Assembly (NCBI GenBank): GCA_003135555.1 | Contig: PLCF01000027.1 | Span: 41,943-105,942 of the forward strand | Reading direction: 5' to 3' | From: Vulcanimicrobiota bacterium | GTDB lineage: Bacteria > Vulcanimicrobiota > Vulcanimicrobiia > Vulcanimicrobiales > Vulcanimicrobiaceae | DNA length: 64,000 nucleotides | In this document: positions 46,329 to 56,499 of the stretch, piece by piece | Numbering within the stretch: position 1 is the first letter of the stretch | How the letters are laid out: each line of letters begins with the position of its first letter | Notes under the pieces: model-generated | Told to the model about the DNA's origin: nothing | What the model saw: the letters and a program-made list of their open reading frames with translations, nothing else | Databases searched by the model: none | Made by a program: the position numbers and the translations under genes

Positions 46329-46438
46329 TAACGGCGCTCCGCCCCAGGCTCCGCGCCCCCCATCGCTGCGCGATGGGGCCCCCACGTCCTCACGCGCGCT
46401 CACGACTGTCATCAGGTCGGGATTCCCCGTGGGCGCGC
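46329..46438. repeat. About 110-bp structured intergenic repeat, copy 2
   Basis: TAACGGCGCTCCG...CCCCATCGC-TGC-GCGATGGGGCCCCC...GCGCTCACGA...TTCCCCGTGGGCGCGC. Confidence 0.8.
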
Positions 46439-46456
46439 TCAACAGCGTAGTCCGCA

Positions 46457-48121
46457 CTACTCGGCCAGCCAGAGCTTGACGAGCTTGGCGATGTTGTCGG
46501 GGTTGTCTTGAGCGACCGTCGTCACGTACTCGATCATCTGCTCGCGCGTGAGATCCGCGGCCGACCGGATCGGTGCGGCGATGGATGGGGCTCCATCCAG
46601 CATCGGATGCTCTTCGAACGACGGCAGCTCTTCGGCGAGCGTCGAGTCGAAGGTGGGCAACTCGTTGCTCGGGCGGAACGTGCGGCGCCGGATCGCTCCG
46701 AAGGCGAAGCCCGCGCCGACCAGGCTCAGGATCACCAGCAGCGCGACGAACGGTACGACCGGGACGCCCAGGACGGTCGTCGACTGTGCCGCGCGGCCGC
46801 TCAGCGCGTCCGCGGCCGGCGCGAACGGGATCGCTTCGACGGAGATTTGATCGCCGCGCGCCGGGTCGATCCCGGCTGCGGCGGCAACGGCGTTGCGGAT
46901 CTTCTGCACGTCGGCGGCGGCGACGACGTAGGCGGGCGCGCCGCCGGCTGCCGGCAGCGCCGCGGCGGCGGGGACGTTGACGAGCACCGCGACCGAGAGG
47001 CGGGTCACCTTTCCCGGTGCGTTGACGTGTTTGGAGGTCTGCTCGCCGACCTGAAAGTTGCGCGTCGCTTCAGCGCCGCCGTAGCGGCCGGTTCCCGTCG
47101 TCTGCGTGCCTTGATACGACGGCACGTTCGAAGTCGTGCCGGGAACGCCGATCGCGGCGTTGCGCGGACCGCCCGAGCCGACGTACGACTCGCGCTTCGT
47201 CTTCTCGGAGAGCACCGTTCCTTGCGGTGCGTAGGACTTGGTCTCGGTGGAGACCGCGTCGAAATCCATGAGGCTCGCGACGCGCACCGCCGAGCGGTGT
47301 GCGCCGATGGTGGCATCGAGGAGCCCTTGCAGCGATTGCTGCAGGTTCGACTCGAACTTCTCTTTGGCGACAAGCTGCTCTTGGGTGCGCTTGAGCGCGC
47401 TGGACGCGTCGCCGCCGCTGCCGCCGGTGTCGTCGAGCGCGGAGGGACGCAAGATCGTCCCGTTCTGGTCGACGATGGTGACGTTCTCGGGCTTGAGCCC
47501 TTCGACGGCGCCCGCGACGAGCTGCGTGATGCCGCGGACCTCGGGCTGCGTGAGCTGCATCCCGAGCTTGGTTTGGATCGCAACCGACGCCGTCGTGGGC
47601 AATTGCGTCGACGAGTACAGCGAGGCTTCGGGCGTCGCGATGTGGACGCGGGCCGATTGCACGGGGCCCAGTCCGCTGATGGTGCGCTGGAGCTCGCCCT
47701 CGTTCGCGCGCGTCTTGGCGATCTTTTCCTGGAAATCGGTCATGCCGAGGTTGGTGCGGTCGAACAGCTCGAAGCCGGTCCCGCCGCCCGCTTTGACGAC
47801 GCCTTCGCCCGCTAAGGCGACGCGCTTCTCGTACACGCTCTCGTGGGGCACCAGAATCGTCGTGCCGTTATCGGCCAGCCGGTGCGGCGTTTTCTCGGCG
47901 TCGAGCTTCTGGATGACCGCGTTCGCTTCGTCGGGCTGCAAATTCGAAAACAAGACCGCGTAGTCGGGGCCGCGGAAACGAAACGCCGTGAAAAAGGCCA
48001 GCGCCGCGAGCACGGTAAGCACCACCGCGCCGTAGACGATGCGATTCGTTCCGGTCTGGGCGTTCCACCAGTCCCGAGCCCGGACCGGATACGACGCGAC
48101 AGACGAGCTCAGACGATCCAA
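46457..48121 (-). CDS. fliF: MS-ring protein FliF
   Basis: GFELFD, RANEGELQRTI, ARVHI, RLSVAVLV, RGDQI; TTG start chosen after GAAGGT. Confidence 0.94.
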   Translation of the reverse strand: MDRLSSSVASYPVRARDWWNAQTGTNRIVYGAVVLTVLAALAFFTAFRFRGPDYAVLFSNLQPDEANAVIQKLDAEKTPHRLADNGTTILVPHESVYEKRVALAGEGVVKAGGGTGFELFDRTNLGMTDFQEKIAKTRANEGELQRTISGLGPVQSARVHIATPEASLYSSTQLPTTASVAIQTKLGMQLTQPEVRGITQLVAGAVEGLKPENVTIVDQNGTILRPSALDDTGGSGGDASSALKRTQEQLVAKEKFESNLQQSLQGLLDATIGAHRSAVRVASLMDFDAVSTETKSYAPQGTVLSEKTKRESYVGSGGPRNAAIGVPGTTSNVPSYQGTQTTGTGRYGGAEATRNFQVGEQTSKHVNAPGKVTRLSVAVLVNVPAAAALPAAGGAPAYVVAAADVQKIRNAVAAAAGIDPARGDQISVEAIPFAPAADALSGRAAQSTTVLGVPVVPFVALLVILSLVGAGFAFGAIRRRTFRPSNELPTFDSTLAEELPSFEEHPMLDGAPSIAAPIRSAADLTREQMIEYVTTVAQDNPDNIAKLVKLWLAE

Positions 48122-48211
48122 ATGCCACCTTCGCGGAGCGTTAGGAAGACGCACCGTGGGTATGCCGACCGTGGCTGTTCCACCGAGCGTCCGTGCCCGG
48201 TGCTATGGATA

Positions 48212-48239
48212 CCATCGGCGCGAGGCGACGGGTTGTTTA
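48212..48239 (-). promoter_or_regulatory. Sigma28-type promoter for the fliF operon
   Basis: TAAA-N16-GCCGATGG, close to consensus. Confidence 0.7.
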
Positions 48240-48252
48240 TCGAAAAACGGCG

Positions 48253-49527
48253 CTAGGTCGCTAGCGCGGAGCGCTCCGGACCGACCGAGGCAGCCACGAC
48301 CGGGACCCCGGTGACCTCCGCCAGCCGGGCCACGAACGCGCGCGCCGCGGCGGGGAGGTCGGCGAGGCGGCGCACGCCGCGCAGGTCGGCGCTCCAGCCC
48401 GGGTGCTCCTCGACCTCGACGCCCAGGCCCGGCTCCCCCAGCGCGGCGATCCCGGCCGGGGTCCCATCGGCGTGGCGATAGCCGGTCACGATGCCGAGCT
48501 GCTCGAAGCCGGACAGGACGTCGAGCTTGGTGATGAACAAGGCGTCGAGGCCGTTGAGCTGGGCCGCGTAGCACGCGGCGACGGCGTCGTACCAGCCGCA
48601 CCGGCGCGGCCGGCCGGTGGTGACCCCGAACTCGCGCCCCTGCGCGCGCAGCCGCTCGCCGCGCTCGTCGGTCAGCTCCGACGGGAACGGCCCCGACCCG
48701 ACGCGGGTGCAATAGGCCTTGGCGATCCCCAGCACCGCGCCGATGCGCCCGGGCCCGATGCCCAGTCCGGTGCACGCGCCCCCGGCGACGGTGTGCGAGC
48801 TCGTGACGTAGGGATAGGTCCCGAAGGTGACGTCGAGCAGCGTGCCCTGAGCGCCCTCGGCCAGAACCCGCTCGCCCCGCGCGAGCGCCGCGTGGAGGTA
48901 CGCCACCCCGTCGACGACGTGCGGCACGATGCGCCGGGACAGCTCGAGCGCCTCGGCGACGACGTCGGCCGCGCGTGGGACGTCGGCGGCGCCGGCGAAC
49001 AGCGGCGCGTGGGCCAGCAGCGCCTGGCGGACCTTCGCCGCGAGCAGCTCGGGGTTGGCTAGGTCGCCGTAGGTCACCCCGAGCCGGGCGGCGCGGTCCA
49101 CGTAGGCGGGCCCGATACCGCGGCCGGTCGTGCCGATCGGGTCGCCGCCGCGCCGCGCCTCGGCGAGGCGGTCGAGGGCCGCATGGTAGGGGAAGACCAC
49201 GTGGGCACGGTCGGAGATCACGACCCGGGACGTGTCGACTCCGAGATCGCGCAGCGTGTCGAGCTCTTTGACGAGCCCCTGGAGCGACACGACCGTCCCG
49301 GCCCCGATCAGCAGCTTCGTCGTACCGACCAGCACCCCCGAGGGGACCACGTGCAGCGCGAGCTTGGTCTCGCCGACCTCGATCGAGTGTCCGGCGTTAT
49401 CGCCGCCGCCGAAGCGGGCGATCACGCCGTACTCCGCCGCCATGAGGTCGACGACGCGCCCCTTCCCCTCGTCGCCCCACTGGATCCCCACCGCGACGTC
49501 GAGGGGCCGGCGCGGATCGAGCGGCAC
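48253..49527 (-). CDS. purA: Adenylosuccinate synthetase
   Basis: QWGDEGKG, GTTGRGIGPAY, EGAQG, GVTTGRPRRCGW. Confidence 0.97.
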   Translation of the reverse strand: MPLDPRRPLDVAVGIQWGDEGKGRVVDLMAAEYGVIARFGGGDNAGHSIEVGETKLALHVVPSGVLVGTTKLLIGAGTVVSLQGLVKELDTLRDLGVDTSRVVISDRAHVVFPYHAALDRLAEARRGGDPIGTTGRGIGPAYVDRAARLGVTYGDLANPELLAAKVRQALLAHAPLFAGAADVPRAADVVAEALELSRRIVPHVVDGVAYLHAALARGERVLAEGAQGTLLDVTFGTYPYVTSSHTVAGGACTGLGIGPGRIGAVLGIAKAYCTRVGSGPFPSELTDERGERLRAQGREFGVTTGRPRRCGWYDAVAACYAAQLNGLDALFITKLDVLSGFEQLGIVTGYRHADGTPAGIAALGEPGLGVEVEEHPGWSADLRGVRRLADLPAAARAFVARLAEVTGVPVVAASVGPERSALAT

Positions 49528-49544
49528 CGGAAAGAGCCTGATGG

Positions 49545-50861
49545 TCAGTCCCCTCGGAAGTCGAGGTCGGTCGTGGTGCCCACCGGCAGCGGCGGGACGC
49601 CTTCGAACGACGTCATCACGTACTCGCTAAAGAGCGCGTTGGGCCAGCCGAAGTCCGCCCGCGAGAACTTGGTCGGGTCGTCGGGATTGAACGACTCGTG
49701 CAGCAGATGGTCGCCGGGATCGGACGCGAGCAGCTGACCGAGCACGTCTTTGCGTTCCGCATCGGTCGTCGCGGTGAAGCCTTGCATGAGCATCGCGATC
49801 GGCCACACGTACCCGTCGTTGGTGTGCGGCGAGCCGATCCCGCGTGCCACCTTGCCGACGTAGTACGTCGGGTTGTCCTTGGAGAGCAAGAACCGCCGCG
49901 TATTGCGATAGATGAACGAGGTCGACTTGGTGTAGCCCAGATACGGCGCCGACAGCAGCGAGGGAACGTTGGCGTCGTCCATGAGGTTCGCGTGACCCAA
50001 GCCGTCGACTTCGTAGGCGTAGACGTAGCCGTAGTTCGGGGTGAAAACGACGCCGTAGGTCTGAATCCCGGTCTGCACTTCGTCGCGCAAGGCTTTGGCA
50101 CGCTGCGCCTTGAGGATGTTGTGGTAGACGTCGCGCTCGATCTCTTCGAGCTGGCCCAGCGCGACGACCGCCATCATCTCCGAGGGGATGAGGTAGTTGT
50201 AGGTGCACGCATCGTCGGAAGGGCGAAAGCCGCTCCAGATCATCCCGGTGTACGCGACGGGATTGCCCTTACCGCCATTGGGCATTTCGCGGTGCGAGTA
50301 TTTGGAGTCGTTGCGCGGGTGGTCTTGCTCGCGCTCCATCGTGTCGAGCGCCTTGTCGAAGCCCAGCGAGAGGTCGCCGGTGAAGATCGAGGCGTCGCCG
50401 GTCTGTTTCCAGTACGTCCACGCCAGCGAGATCGGATACGCAAGTGAGTCCAGCTCGAACTTCTGCTCGAATTGGCGATAGTTGAGCGTGAACGCGTTGG
50501 CGTAGGGGTCGATCTGCAGGTACTTTCCCATGCGTGCGATCGCGCCGCGCAGCAAGCTCGCGACCTGCTCGTCGCCCTTTGCAAAGAACAGGTACGGCCG
50601 CACTTGCACGCTGGCATCGCGCAGCCACTCCGCCGGGATGTCGCCGGTTTTGATGTACGTCGTCCCGTCCGACGCCACCGTCACCTGCTTGTTGGTGTTG
50701 AGCAGGGCCGCACGGTACATCGATTGGAGCTTGGGGTCGCCCACGCTGTAGCCCGCCGCCGCCTTCGAGACGGCGTCGAGCTCAATCGCCGCGGCAGGGT
50801 ACGGCGCGAGCAACGCGAGAGCCGCGAGCGTGCATAGCACCGCGCGAACTGTGATTCGCAT
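49545..50861 (-). CDS. Secreted GH125 glycoside hydrolase (exo-alpha-1,6-mannosidase-like)
   Basis: Signal peptide, TGDIPAEWLRD, KFELDSL, FRPSDD, MDDANVPSLL, FGWPNALF. Confidence 0.88.
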   Translation of the reverse strand: MRITVRAVLCTLAALALLAPYPAAAIELDAVSKAAAGYSVGDPKLQSMYRAALLNTNKQVTVASDGTTYIKTGDIPAEWLRDASVQVRPYLFFAKGDEQVASLLRGAIARMGKYLQIDPYANAFTLNYRQFEQKFELDSLAYPISLAWTYWKQTGDASIFTGDLSLGFDKALDTMEREQDHPRNDSKYSHREMPNGGKGNPVAYTGMIWSGFRPSDDACTYNYLIPSEMMAVVALGQLEEIERDVYHNILKAQRAKALRDEVQTGIQTYGVVFTPNYGYVYAYEVDGLGHANLMDDANVPSLLSAPYLGYTKSTSFIYRNTRRFLLSKDNPTYYVGKVARGIGSPHTNDGYVWPIAMLMQGFTATTDAERKDVLGQLLASDPGDHLLHESFNPDDPTKFSRADFGWPNALFSEYVMTSFEGVPPLPVGTTTDLDFRGD

Positions 50862-50907
50862 CGTTAGCGCCAACGTACCATGCCGCGCTGGGTCTTTCCT
50901 AGCAGGA

Positions 50908-51369
50908 TCACCGGAGCCCCGCGAGGACGTCGCCGAGGTCGGCCCCGGCGCGCTCGCGCAAAACGCGGTAGATCAGCGCGGCCGGGAAGCCGAGGCGCTC
51001 GAGCTTGCGCGCCGCGGACTGATAGGAGAGAGCCGGGTTTACGCGCCTGAAACGATCGTACGCCGTTGCGATCCGCTCGGACTCCGTGACGTCGGAGGAC
51101 GCGACGCTCGCGCGAGCGGCGTCGCGGTCGATCCCGCGCTTCACCAGCTCGGCGACGAGCCGTGCGTCGCCGACGGGGGCTCGCCGCCCCTCGACGTAGA
51201 GCGTCGCGTAGAGCGTGTCGTCGAGCAGGCGGTCGCGCTTGCACGACGCGACCGCCTCGGCGACCGCCTCGTCGTCGAAGCCCTTACGCTGCAGCTTCGC
51301 GAAGAGCTGCGCCTCGGTGAGACGGCGTTGGGCTAGCATGCCCAACGCCGTCACCCGTGCTGAGGGCAC
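50908..51369 (-). CDS. recX: Regulatory protein RecX
   Basis: LAQRRLTEAQL..KL..KGF, LDDTLYA, LERLGF; downstream of recA. Confidence 0.85.
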   Translation of the reverse strand: MPSARVTALGMLAQRRLTEAQLFAKLQRKGFDDEAVAEAVASCKRDRLLDDTLYATLYVEGRRAPVGDARLVAELVKRGIDRDAARASVASSDVTESERIATAYDRFRRVNPALSYQSAARKLERLGFPAALIYRVLRERAGADLGDVLAGLR

Positions 51370-51373
51370 CGAG

Positions 51374-52423
<1,050 letters not shown>

Positions 52424-52579
52424 GATGCTCCGTGCGGCGATCTGTCGGGTGGTTGATCCGACGGTACCGCGCCGTAATGCCATATGCGTGGCAGCGTGCG
52501 AAGCCGTCACCGGACATTCACGCGCCCTCCCGCGCCGGCAAGGCGCGTCGTTAACCCACCACTTCGAAGCGGGCGAGCA

Positions 52580-52595
52580 TCGAACCTTTGTTCGA
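52580..52595. promoter_or_regulatory. LexA (SOS) box upstream of recA
   Basis: Perfect palindrome TCGAAC-CTTT-GTTCGA, just downstream of a minus-strand TAGAAT (52604-52609). Confidence 0.85.
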
Positions 52596-52614
52596 CACGC
52601 CTCATTCTAAGGTC

Positions 52615-52643
52615 TTTACTTATTTAAGCGATTGCCTTATCAT
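52615..52643 (+). promoter_or_regulatory. Sigma70-type promoter for the ArsR gene, likely leaderless
   Basis: TTTACT-N17-TATCAT, ATG 7 nt downstream, no SD. Confidence 0.5.
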
Positions 52644-52650
52644 GGCAGCG

Positions 52651-52962
52651 ATGGAAGGCTTTGCCGCGCTGGGCGACCCGACCCGCCGCAAGATCGTCGA
52701 GATGCTGGCCGCGCGCGAGCTCCCGGCCGGCGAGATCGCGCGGCGTTTCGACATGACCGCGCCGGCGGTGTCGCAACACTTGCGGCTGCTGCGCGACGCC
52801 GGCCTGGTGAGCGTGCGCCGCGACGCGCAGCGCCGCATCTACGCGCTCGAACCCAGCGGCCTAGCCGAGCTCGACGCCTGGCTGGCTCGCTTCCGCCGCT
52901 TCTGGAGCGGCCGCCTCGACGCGCTCGAGCACGAGCTTTCCCAGCCTCAACCGCTAGGGTGA
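52651..52962 (+). CDS. ArsR/SmtB-family regulator
   Basis: FAALGDPTRRKIV, AVSQHLRLLRDAGLV, FWSGRLDALE. Confidence 0.92.
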   Translation: MEGFAALGDPTRRKIVEMLAARELPAGEIARRFDMTAPAVSQHLRLLRDAGLVSVRRDAQRRIYALEPSGLAELDAWLARFRRFWSGRLDALEHELSQPQPLG

Positions 52963-53004
52963 ATCACCGGACGGACATCGTATGACGTCCGATGGAGGTG
53001 GTCG

Positions 53005-53994
53005 ATGAAGCGAGCGGTCTGTGCGGTGACTCTATTCTGTGTTGCATTCGCTATGGTCGGGTGCGGCGGCGGCGGATCGAGCGCTCCGCCGCCGGTCGGC
53101 CCGGTGGCGACGCCGACGCCGGGGCCCGGTACGGTGACCGAGTTTTCGAGCGGGATCAGCCCAGGCTCGCACCCGATTTGGATCGCGCCGGGCCCCGACG
53201 GCAACATGTGGTTCACCGGGATGAACGCTGTCGCTCGCATCACGCCGGCAGGCGCCATCACCGAGTTCACGGGCGGGATCACCGCCGGCGGCGGGCCGAA
53301 CGGAATCACGACCGGACCCGACGGCAATCTGTGGTTCGCCGAGGGATTCGCGAACCGCATCGGACGCATCACGCCGGCGGGCACGGTGACGGAATTCTCG
53401 AGCGGCATCACCACCAACCCGTTTCGGATCGCCGCCGGCGCGGACGGGAATCTGTGGTTCACCGAGCAGCATAAGATCGGGCGGATCACACCGGCCGGCG
53501 TCGTCACCGAGTTCAGCGTCGGGATAACGCCGGGCGCGTTCATCAACGCGATCGTCGCGGGACCCGACGGAAACATGTGGTTCGTCGAACAGCAGAACAC
53601 GGTCGGGCGGATCACGCCGTCGGGCGTCATCACGGAGTTCGGCGGGCTCACCGGCTTCGGAGCCTACGGCATCGTCACCGGTCCGGACGGCAACCTGTGG
53701 TTCACCGAGAGCCCCGCTCGCATCGGACGCATTACGACCGCGGGCGTCCTCACCGAGTTCACCGCGGGGATCACCTCGGGCGCGTCGCCGTACGCTATGG
53801 CACTGGGTCCCGACGGCAACCTGTGGTTCACCGAGATCGGACAGGTCGGCGTCGTCGGCCGCATCACGCCGAGCGGCGGCGTCACCGAGTTCTCGAACGG
53901 CATCACCACCGGAGGCCTCGGCGGAATCGCCGCGGGACCCGGCGGGATGTGGTTCACCGAAAGCGGCGACCGCATCGGCCTGCTGAAGGTCTGA
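53005..53994 (+). CDS. Vgb (virginiamycin B lyase)-like seven-bladed propeller lipoprotein
   Basis: Lipobox MVGC; seven GPDGNLWFTE/GRITP.G.VTEF repeats. Confidence 0.88.
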   Translation: MKRAVCAVTLFCVAFAMVGCGGGGSSAPPPVGPVATPTPGPGTVTEFSSGISPGSHPIWIAPGPDGNMWFTGMNAVARITPAGAITEFTGGITAGGGPNGITTGPDGNLWFAEGFANRIGRITPAGTVTEFSSGITTNPFRIAAGADGNLWFTEQHKIGRITPAGVVTEFSVGITPGAFINAIVAGPDGNMWFVEQQNTVGRITPSGVITEFGGLTGFGAYGIVTGPDGNLWFTESPARIGRITTAGVLTEFTAGITSGASPYAMALGPDGNLWFTEIGQVGVVGRITPSGGVTEFSNGITTGGLGGIAAGPGGMWFTESGDRIGLLKV

Positions 53995-54014
53995 ACCACG
54001 CGCGCCTTCTCGGC

Positions 54015-54971
54015 TCAGCGCCCTAGCAGTCCGATACGTCCCGCGAACAGGTCGTAGTACACGTCGACCGATTGCAGCGGCCCGAGCCCGACGATGATGC
54101 GGTTCGCCTCGCCGCGCCGCATGGTGAGATGCAACGGCGTGCGCGGGCCGATCTCGAACGCGTGCGACCAGGTCCCCACGGTTAGCGTCGCGGTCGTTCC
54201 GGCGGGAAACGGTCCTTGCGCCGCGATCCCAGTGGTGGTGACCAAGAACTGCGGCGTGCCGGTATCGAAGAGGACGTCGCCGCAGACCTCCGTCGGCGCT
54301 GTGCCCGAAAGCCGAACGCAGCCGCGCGGCAGCGTACCACGCGCGACGTCGATCAGGGTGAACGCGCTCAGCGCGGCGGGATCCGGGGCGAGCGTCAACG
54401 TCGGCGCGGCGAAGTCGGCATGCACGATGTACCGCCTTCCGTACGCGACGAGCGCTCCGAGCGGGTTCGCGCAACAACGCCCGCGCGGCGGATCGACGTT
54501 GCTCGCGCCGAGAATCCCCGGAAAGAGCTTGCCGAACATCTCCGGCGTCCCGCCGTTTGCGGCCGGGCAGTTCGGGCGCGCGTCGGCGCAGCCGTATCCG
54601 TCGACGAGCTCGATCGACGTTTGCTCCGCCGCGACCGGATCGCCGACCGAAAATCGGGCCGTGGCCTCCTCGCCGCGCAGCACGAGGCCGCTGCCGTACC
54701 CGCCTGCCGCGCTCTGGCCCGTGCGTCGCACCTCTCCCGCCGGCAGCGCGCTCGCCAGAATTCGCAGCCCCGCCGACCCGGTATCGAGCAGCACGCGCAC
54801 GGTGCGCCCGCCCACCGCCACGTCGATACCCAGCCGTTGGTCGCCGCCCGGGCCGCGCTCGACATGCAGCGGCACGACGACCGTCCCAGCCCCGCCCCCG
54901 GCCAGCGCAGGGTGGGGTGTAAGAAAGAAGACGAGCAGTACCGGCAAGGCTAGCGACATCGGGAGCAGCAT
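54015..54971 (-). CDS. Secreted pepsin-like aspartic protease (DUF3443-like)
   Basis: Two motifs VLLDTGSAGLRI and VLFDTGT; signal peptide; GILG. Confidence 0.75.
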   Translation of the reverse strand: MLLPMSLALPVLLVFFLTPHPALAGGGAGTVVVPLHVERGPGGDQRLGIDVAVGGRTVRVLLDTGSAGLRILASALPAGEVRRTGQSAAGGYGSGLVLRGEEATARFSVGDPVAAEQTSIELVDGYGCADARPNCPAANGGTPEMFGKLFPGILGASNVDPPRGRCCANPLGALVAYGRRYIVHADFAAPTLTLAPDPAALSAFTLIDVARGTLPRGCVRLSGTAPTEVCGDVLFDTGTPQFLVTTTGIAAQGPFPAGTTATLTVGTWSHAFEIGPRTPLHLTMRRGEANRIIVGLGPLQSVDVYYDLFAGRIGLLGR

Positions 54972-55035
54972 GCTCAGAAAGCAGCATGCTTGGTACGTTA
55001 CCTGCTTGACATACATGCTGCTTTTATGGCATCAT
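54964..55035 (+). promoter_or_regulatory. Promoter with operator-like repeats
   Basis: TTGACA at 55006-55011 and TG-n-CATCAT. Inverted repeat AAAGCAGCATG (54978-54988) / CATGCTGCTTT (55014-55024), plus a direct copy at 54964. Confidence 0.55.
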
Positions 55036-55046
55036 GCATAGACAAC

Positions 55047-56429
55047 ATGATGCCTCAGGAACAACTCGTTGGACGACAGGCAGAGCTGGGGCAACTCGGG
55101 CGGGCCTACCTCGCCGCCGATAGCCAGCTTGCCTTGGTTTATGGTCGCCGTCGAATCGGCAAATCATTCTTGCTCTCGCACTTCGTCGCGCCGTATCCCA
55201 ACATCTACTACCAAGCCACCCAGCAAGCGGAGTCTGAAGAACTCAAGTCATTCACGAACGCAGTACGCGCAGCGCTGGCCGAAGCTCAACTGCCCCCCGA
55301 CTATTCTTTCGCTAGTTGGGAAGCGGCGCTTGAATATCTCACCGAAAACTACCGTCGGCCGAAGCGACTCGTCGTCGTCCTAGACGAATTCCCGTACCTT
55401 TCAGATTCAACGCCGGGTCTCGCCTCAATCATTCAGCGCTGGTGGGATCGAAAAGGAAAGAAAGCGCGCGACCTCATGCTTGTGCTCTGCGGTTCCGCGC
55501 AAACGTTCATGGAATCGCTCGACGGAGCAGCCGCGCCGCTCCACCAGCGCTTCACAGTCAAGGTTCGTCTAGGGCCGCTTGACTATCGCGCGGCTGCAGC
55601 CTTCACCCCAAATCTCACGCCTGCCGATAGGGCACGTGTGTTTGGTATCCTGGGCGGTACGCCACTATATCTTCGCCAATGGAATCAGGAACGGAGTCTT
55701 CGGGACAACCTTCTGGCCCTTTTTGGGGACCCAGGCAGCGGGTTGGTGGATTCCGCAGAACTCGTCCTCACCGCCGACCTTCCCGATGCCCGAGCCTCGT
55801 ACCGAGTACTTCAAGCAGTTGCTCTGGGAGCGACAAAGCATAGCGAGATAAAAGACAAGGCGAAGGTTACTTCGGAGCGATCGATCACGCGGCTCATTGA
55901 GCTGCAGCTTCTAAGAAAGATGGTCCCTGCCACGGATCACCCCGATAGAACTCGGCGTAGCGTGTACAGGATCGCCGATCCGTATTTTGACTTCTATTTT
56001 CGGTTCATCGCGACGAATCGCTCGGCGATCGATCGAGGCCTTGGCGAGCAGCTTATCGATGGCACCATTCTCGCGCATCTCGACGACCATATGGGCCATA
56101 TCTTCGAGGATATGGGAAGATACTTCGCAACTGAATTGATCAAACGCGGAGAGCTCACTGCCGATGCCGTCGGTTCGTGGTGGTCGACTGATGGGCAGCA
56201 TGAGATTGATGTTGTCGGCACATCGCGTCTAGTGCCAACCTTTATCGGGAGTGTCAAGTGGCGAGACCGCCCACTTGATCGCGCGGTGGCGCGCGATCTC
56301 GAACGAGACGCCCGAGCTTTGGGGATAGGCGAGGAGGCTCCCCGGCTACTAATTGGGCGGCAGGGCGCAGGGGATCTGACTGGGCTCGCGCACTATCGTT
56401 CGATTTCAATCGACGATATGTATATCTGA
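55047..56429 (+). CDS. Archaeal-type AAA ATPase with winged helix and C-terminal PD-(D/E)XK-like (DUF234) domain
   Basis: LVGRQAEL, YGRRRIGKS, LDEFPYL, GGTPLYL, YRIADPYFDFYFRF, EIDVV...GSVKW. Confidence 0.88.
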   Translation: MMPQEQLVGRQAELGQLGRAYLAADSQLALVYGRRRIGKSFLLSHFVAPYPNIYYQATQQAESEELKSFTNAVRAALAEAQLPPDYSFASWEAALEYLTENYRRPKRLVVVLDEFPYLSDSTPGLASIIQRWWDRKGKKARDLMLVLCGSAQTFMESLDGAAAPLHQRFTVKVRLGPLDYRAAAAFTPNLTPADRARVFGILGGTPLYLRQWNQERSLRDNLLALFGDPGSGLVDSAELVLTADLPDARASYRVLQAVALGATKHSEIKDKAKVTSERSITRLIELQLLRKMVPATDHPDRTRRSVYRIADPYFDFYFRFIATNRSAIDRGLGEQLIDGTILAHLDDHMGHIFEDMGRYFATELIKRGELTADAVGSWWSTDGQHEIDVVGTSRLVPTFIGSVKWRDRPLDRAVARDLERDARALGIGEEAPRLLIGRQGAGDLTGLAHYRSISIDDMYI

Positions 56430-56499
56430 CGCACGATTCCCGTCGGGTCGTTCCGATGGCACCGTTTGGAATAGCGGTTCTTGCGAATCACTAACGCCA

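Noticed and set aside
53130..53990. Regular DNA repeats resembling a CRISPR array
   Set aside because: These are coding propeller repeats (GPDGNLWFTE), degenerate at wobble positions; no cas genes
53005..53994. Streptogramin resistance gene vgb
   Set aside because: Fold-level similarity only; it is a lipoprotein and catalytic residues could not be confirmed
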